Source of the DNA: Euglena gracilis | Lineage: Eukaryota | NCBI GenBank assembly: GCA_039621445.1 | Contig: CP154954.1 | Span: forward strand, 18,072,589 to 18,136,588 | Reading direction: 5' to 3' | Length of the DNA stretch: 64,000 nucleotides | Shown: positions 58,474 through 64,000 of the stretch, in pieces | Position numbering within the stretch: the first letter of the stretch is position 1 | Layout of the letters: every line of letters begins with the position of its first letter | Translations under genes and position numbers: made by a program | The notes under the pieces: model-generated | Seen by the model: only the letters and a program-made list of their open reading frames with translations | Told to the model about the DNA's origin: nothing | Database searches by the model: none

Positions 58474-61400
58474 GCCCCGGTGCACTCCCCGGAGGGAACC
58501 CGAGGGCAACTTTACGAAGTGCTGCCAACCGGTCGTCGGCTGGGGAGTTGACACAGCAATAGTGGCTGGAAGCTAACTGTTGGTCATTTTCGGACCAGGA
58601 GAAGCCCGCCCCGACGGGGTGTAGTCCGCGCAGGGCGGCAAGGACGTCCTCGGACCGGGAGTCATGGACCCCCTTACTCAGAAGGCATTTGGCTGCTTTG
58701 GAAAAGGCACCGAGTTTTCCTCCCTCCCTCACCCTCCACGCCGAACCTCCGGACCAACACAAAAAACCGCTCCTCCCCCTCTCCCACAACCTTGAGCTTT
58801 TCTCAAATGTCTTCTCGCGCATATTGTATACATACCCCTAACCACCACTAAACCTACCACCACTCATTTCACAGCTTCCTTGGGAGCCTTTCCCCAGACA
58901 GTAGAGGAGAAAGCCATGCGACTGACCTGTTTGGATCACGTGGGCAACAGTGGCCCTTGACACTCAAGGTGACATGTCTTCCAGTTGAGTAAGTTTAGTA
59001 AGGCGAACATGCATGCATTCGGCCCACCACCTTGTGAGGAGTGACCGGAGGTGGGATTGGCCAAAGAGGCAAGAGTTGTTATCCATGTTGCCAGTGGTTT
59101 GCTATCAAGTGCACAACCTTGAAAATTTCATGGCCACCGATGGATGTCTGTTGAAAAGAGCTTTCGATCGAGATTGGTACCCTCACCCCCCTCAAAGTGG
59201 CCACCCTCCAGGCACCACAGGACCCCAAAACGGCCACTCGGGGGGGGGGTGCGGGGGGGGGGGGGTCAATTTTTGGGCTTCGGCGCTTCGGCGCCAAAAG
59301 AAATGGCCACTTCAAGGGGGGTAAACCAAAGTTGCCAAAAATTATCCACACTGAGGGGGAGACACTTTGAGGGGGGTGAGGGTGCCCACAACGTTGCACA
59401 CAACCAGTGAGAGATATGCTCGCGATCGTCGGATCAAACAGAAACAGAATCGAAATTTGTGGTCATTTCTGGCACTGCTTTATTTGAGAAACACAATGAA
59501 CAATACAAAAGCGATTTTTTCCCTTCAAACCGACGACCAAAAGGTTCTTTGGGGCCAGACATGAGAAACCATTGAAAAAGTGCCCAAAATTTTTTGCACG
59601 TCCCAAAAATGACAAGGGAAAATCCTAACAATTTTTAAAAAAATTCACCAAACTCTCGCTGGCTTTTTCTGTTTCTTTCAAAAAGCTTTTTTTGTTTTTG
59701 ATTTTTTTAATGCGGCTTAGATTGCCATTACGATGCCCCCATGTTACCGCACGTTCCTGCCCTGTTTCTGCCCTCTCAGCCTACTTCCCCCTCACGACAC
59801 TTAATTCTACCCTCTCTTCGCCCTTCCAGGTTTCCAGGTTTCCTGGGAACCGGATGACACCCTCTGCCTTATCCTCATCCATGGGGTCTCCCAATCGGTG
59901 CATAGCCTCCCCCCCGTACACTTCAAATCCAGTAGGCTGCGCCACTGGTCGGTGGATTCGGTTCGCCCCACCGCCGTTTCGTCCGGTGAAACCCCTGATA
60001 TAATCGCGATAATTTTCGCGAAGTCGTGTCATCATGACCCGCCTGTTGATGAATTGAAATCCTGGAATTTGTGAGAGTTGTTCGAAAAAAATAGGGCACA
60101 TTGGACATGAGAATCAGAGGCGGGTCCCACCACAGCCACCAAATGAAGCCAAAGCAAAGACGTCAATATTGATGTTAAATAATGTGCAAGGTGGGATTGT
60201 GTGCTTTGGGGATTCTGAGGAAATCCTCATAAAGGCTTCTGGGAGTCATTTAAATCTTGTTTTTCAACGATCATGCACTTTACATCCCAGCAGTGCATTT
60301 TCCAATTGACCATGCACTGGGCAAGGGCAGCTGTCCAGAAACCCGGGGAGGGGTCTGGGGAGGATGGTTGGTGGGTCCGCCCCCACCCCTTTTCCGCACA
60401 AATCCCAAAAAAATTTTGGACCCCAAAATGACTTCCCTTGACTTGAGTCCCCCCCCCAGATTCCCCCCCCCCCAGATTGGCTGCTCGTTTTTCGGAAATT
60501 CAGCGTGCCAAATTGGCCGTTATTGGGGGAAATAGGTTAGGGTTCGGAGTTTCATGAAGTTTTAGCCTTATTTTTGGATTTGGCAAAATCTCAAAGACCC
60601 CCCCCCTCAATAACCTGGCGGGGTGTCAGGTTATTGAACCAACTTTTGGCCCGCCCGCCGACCCTTCGGCCAAATTTGCCATCCTGGAGGGGGGGGGTCG
60701 GCACGCCGTGGCGAGGTGTCTGGCTAGGGGGGGGAAGGGGGGGGTTTGGCGTGGCGGGGTCCTGGAGGGGGGTGCGCGGGGGTTTGCCAAGAAAATTTTC
60801 TTTGGCGGGCCTGAATCTTTTTCCCCCTCTTCTGGTCTGCCGCCTTTGGAGCCCAGGTATTGGGGGCCCCCCCTGTTCACTTCTGAACTGAACTGGACAT
60901 GTTGACTTCCCGGAGGGGGGGGAGGGGGGGGGGAGGGCGGTCCGACACCGAAGGTGCCGAAAAAGCCCTTTTCGGTGTTCGCCTGCTGTTCCGGTTTTCG
61001 GTTTTTTCCCAAAGTGAACAGGTGCATCCAGGTACACAGTAGGGTGGCGACTGAAATTTCCGGCCCCTGAAATTTCACAAAATTTCACAATTTTTAACTT
61101 TTCTTTCAGACCACAAGCCAATAGCAGAGTGTTTTCTGAAACTTCCGGCCCATGAAATTTCACGAAATTTCACAATTTTTTACTTTTCTTTCCGACCACT
61201 TTTCACGAATGTCACCACCCTACTACACGGGGGGGGGACCCCCTGTTCACTTCCGAAGTGAACTGAACAAGGGGGGGAGGGGGGTCCCAGGGTCCCGAAG
61301 TGGACTACCTGGCCTCCTTTGGGGTTCCCTTGTGTGTATGTGCAAGGTTTGGCATGCCCAAATCCTGCCCCTGTCTCGTCAAAAGTAAACCCACCAAAAT

Positions 61401-62603
61401 GGAGACAAGGCACAGGGGGGGGAGGGGGGGGTCCGAGGGGGGGGGTTGGAAGCTGTACAGGGGGGGGGGTCCCCAGAAAATCACAACTGTGCTGCCTACC
61501 CCCGAGACAGTTGCGACATTTTTCGTCCAATTGAGGTTGGCAATGATGGATTTTGCGAAATTCAGATGCATTTTGCAAAATATTTGTGTCTTGTAAAAAG
61601 AGTGGTAGCCAGTATTTTCACTTTAAACACTTAGCAGAAAGGCAGGAAGCAGCTTCAATCACTCCCCCTTGGCACACCATGCGGAATTGAGCCAGGGTTG
61701 ACGTTTTTTTGTTTTTCAACAAAGAACAAAAAATATGTTTTTTTTCCAAAAAAACACACACAAAAACATGTTTTCTTTTTTTAAAAAGCAAAATTTGACC
61801 TTTTTCCTTGCGAAATGGCCATTTTTTGAGGAAAAGGTTTTAAGGTCATTTTTTTGGTCATCAAAAGTGACGTATTTTTAGTTTTTCCAGCACCTTTAAC
61901 AGACTACGAAGCTGCAGAGATGAAAAAAGACCTTTTTTCAAAAAAAAAGTTTCAAAAAAAATTCCCCCAAACCCCCATGAGGTTTTTTTTGTTTTTTTAA
62001 AAAAACATATTTTTTCTTAGGGGGTACTACCCCCGTGCCCCCACCCCAGTTACACCCCCGTGACCCCCCCGTGACCCGAGAATCGATCCTTCGCCATTCT
62101 TTTTTTAAAAGCATTTTTTTTAAAAAAAACAATGCACTTTCATGTATCCTTGTCCGCCCAATGCACCTTCACACCCAAAAATGGCCAAAAATCTTTTCCC
62201 CTGAAAGAAGTGCCAAAAACTGGTGCATTTCCCCACCCAAAACGGAATTTTGTCAAAAATGGCCCAAACTTCATCCCAAAAACGTGTTGGTCAAGAAAAT
62301 CCTAGCAAAATTCCCTTTCAAAAAATGACCAATTTTATCACGATGCCACGTCATGGATGTTGCCTCCCGGCTACCTGCAAAGTGTCATACTTCCCCCGTG
62401 ACCCCCCCCCCCGCCCCGTGACCCCCCCCCATGACCCCCCGCGACCCGCACCACCCCCTTAAAAAAGCATGTTTTTTTTGTTTCGAAAAAAACAAGCCGT
62501 TTTTTTAAAAAAATTTCATCTGTCTCGGGGGGGTTGGAAGTGGGGGGGGAGGGGGGGGTCCCGGGAGGGGGGGGTTGGAACTGTACAGGGGGGGGGAGGG
62601 GGG

Positions 62604-63481
62604 GGTACTTGTCTGTTAGTCGATCCACGGCAGTGCATCAAGTCTGTTAGTCGATCCACACCTATTTTTGGCCTGCTTTTGGTCACTGATAGACAGGGAA
62701 AGTACAAAACAGGGTCAGAAGATACGGGTGTTGTGTCGGCACAGGGTTAGGGTTAGGTTTATGGTTAGGGTCAGGGTTAGGTTCAGGGCTAGGTTAGGGC
62801 TACGTGACCCTAACCCTAACCCAAAACCCTAAGCCTATCCCTAACCCTATTTTTGGCCTACTTTGGGTCACTGATAGACAGGGAAAGCACAAAAAAAGGG
62901 TCAGACCCTGTGCCGACACCAGCCGTGTCGGCACAGGGTCTACAGAGTTAGGGTTAGGTTCAGGGTTAGGATTAGGGTTATGGTCAGGGTTAGGTTTAGG
63001 GTTTGGGCCAGGGCTAGGTTAGGGCTACGTGACCCTGACCCTAACCCTAAACCCTAAGCCTATCCCTAACCTTATTTTTGGCCTACTTTGGGTCATTGAT
63101 GGACAGGGAAAGCACAAAAAAGGGTCAGAAGACGGCTGGTGTCAGCACAGTGTCTAGAGAGTGAGGGTTAGGGTCAGGGTTTAGGGTTAGGGTTAGGGAT
63201 AGGGTTTTGGGTTTGGGTTAGGGTTGGGGTTAGGGTTTGGGTTACGTAAACCCGAACCCAACCCTGAACCCAAACCCAGAGTCCTAACCCTGACCCTAAA
63301 CCCTAACCCTAACCTTAACCCTGACTCTCTAGACACTGTGCCGACACCAGCCGTATCTTCTGACCCTGTTTTGTGCTTTCCCTGTCTATCAGTGACCCAA
63401 AGTACATCAGTGACCCAAAGTAGGCCAAAAATAGGTGTGGATCGACCTGTTTTGCCGTGGATCGACTAACAGACAAGTACC
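62604..63481. mobile_element. Foldback/MULE-like element with long TIRs enclosing degenerate TTAGGG/CCCTAA arrays
   Basis: GGTACTTGTCTGTTAGTCGATCCACGGCA matches the inverse at ~63452-63481; inverted similarity extends over 100 bp; candidate TSD GGAGGGGGG. Confidence 0.78.
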
Positions 63482-64000
63482 GGAGGGGGGGGGTCCCAAG
63501 GTTTGACCAACTGTACTGCCTTGTCCCCAATGGCCAGGACAGGACTGCAAAGTGCGTCGCAGGATTATCGAAAGGGGGTCCGTCGCAGGATAACATGTCA
63601 GTGCAAAATTTAACCCCCTCCCCAATTGGTCATTTTGGTCAAAAACAAGGTCCCCAGAGGCCGTCCAAGGGTTGGGCAGTACAGGGGGAGGGGGCTGCGG
63701 ACCCCCCGGTGAACGTTCACTGGTGAACGTTCACCGGGGGGAAGGGCGGGGAACTTTCGGCGATGAAGTTCACGGGTGAAGTTCACTGGTGAACTTCACC
63801 GTTTTGATGGTTGGAGGTGAAATTTTGCTCCTTTTCCTCACAAAATGGTCATTTTGAGGTTGATGGTTCATGGAATTTTGTCGAAATTTCCGAAGGCTTG
63901 CCCAAAATGTCATTTTTGGCCATTTTTGGCCAAAACAGTGCTGGTGAACTTCACCGGGGGGGGGGGATGGGGTCCAAAATCCCAAAAGTTACCGCCTGAT

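Larger units (their letters stand above)
45560..58760 (-). pseudogene. Older fragmented CRE-like RLE retrotransposon, split by many nested insertions
   Basis: Colinear minus-strand fragments: NLFPLRKKDDGVRPVAVGE (~57150-57213), LQVDIRNAFNS (~56960-56995), WYLDDG (~56725-56745), CPLGCGQVVDPFGDHALCC (~55360-55420 and ~47570-47630), RDVDTFLPHW..WAIDV (~46710-46780), C-terminal LQQGLSLAL (~45660-45690); frameshifts present. Confidence 0.85.

Noticed and set aside
62745-63320. True chromosome end
   Set aside because: The repeats are degenerate, alternate in orientation and sit internally between TIRs.

Overview
Eukaryotic nuclear DNA, most likely from a euglenid, judged from the intron type. The left half (about 7.4-31.8 kb, minus strand) holds one long gene of more than 20 small exons. 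It encodes a receptor-type class III adenylate cyclase: N-terminal TM, extracellular domain, TM, HAMP-like linker, cyclase domain, ending ...WDGVFHFREK*. None of the resolved introns ends in AG. They are euglenid nonconventional introns with base-paired ends: CAG-like at +4..+6 and CTG-like at -8..-6. The right half (33-64 kb) is a nest of mobile elements. It includes two CRE-like RLE retrotransposons, several hAT-type MITEs with 8-bp TSDs, MULE-like elements with 9-bp TSDs (one holding an internal satellite), a degenerate Crypton-like tyrosine recombinase and a foldback element with telomere-like repeats. It also includes a family of GGAC-repeat DNA elements with 3-bp TSDs that carry three different tRNA-like genes. 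Main observations: (1) the intron geometry, 3 nt + paired core + 5 nt, equals a hAT element plus one 8-bp TSD, which suggests a hAT introner origin; (2) the tRNA-carrying GGAC transposons, one with an intact Gln-like tRNA bearing an ATG anticodon. Everything was read by eye; no database search was run.
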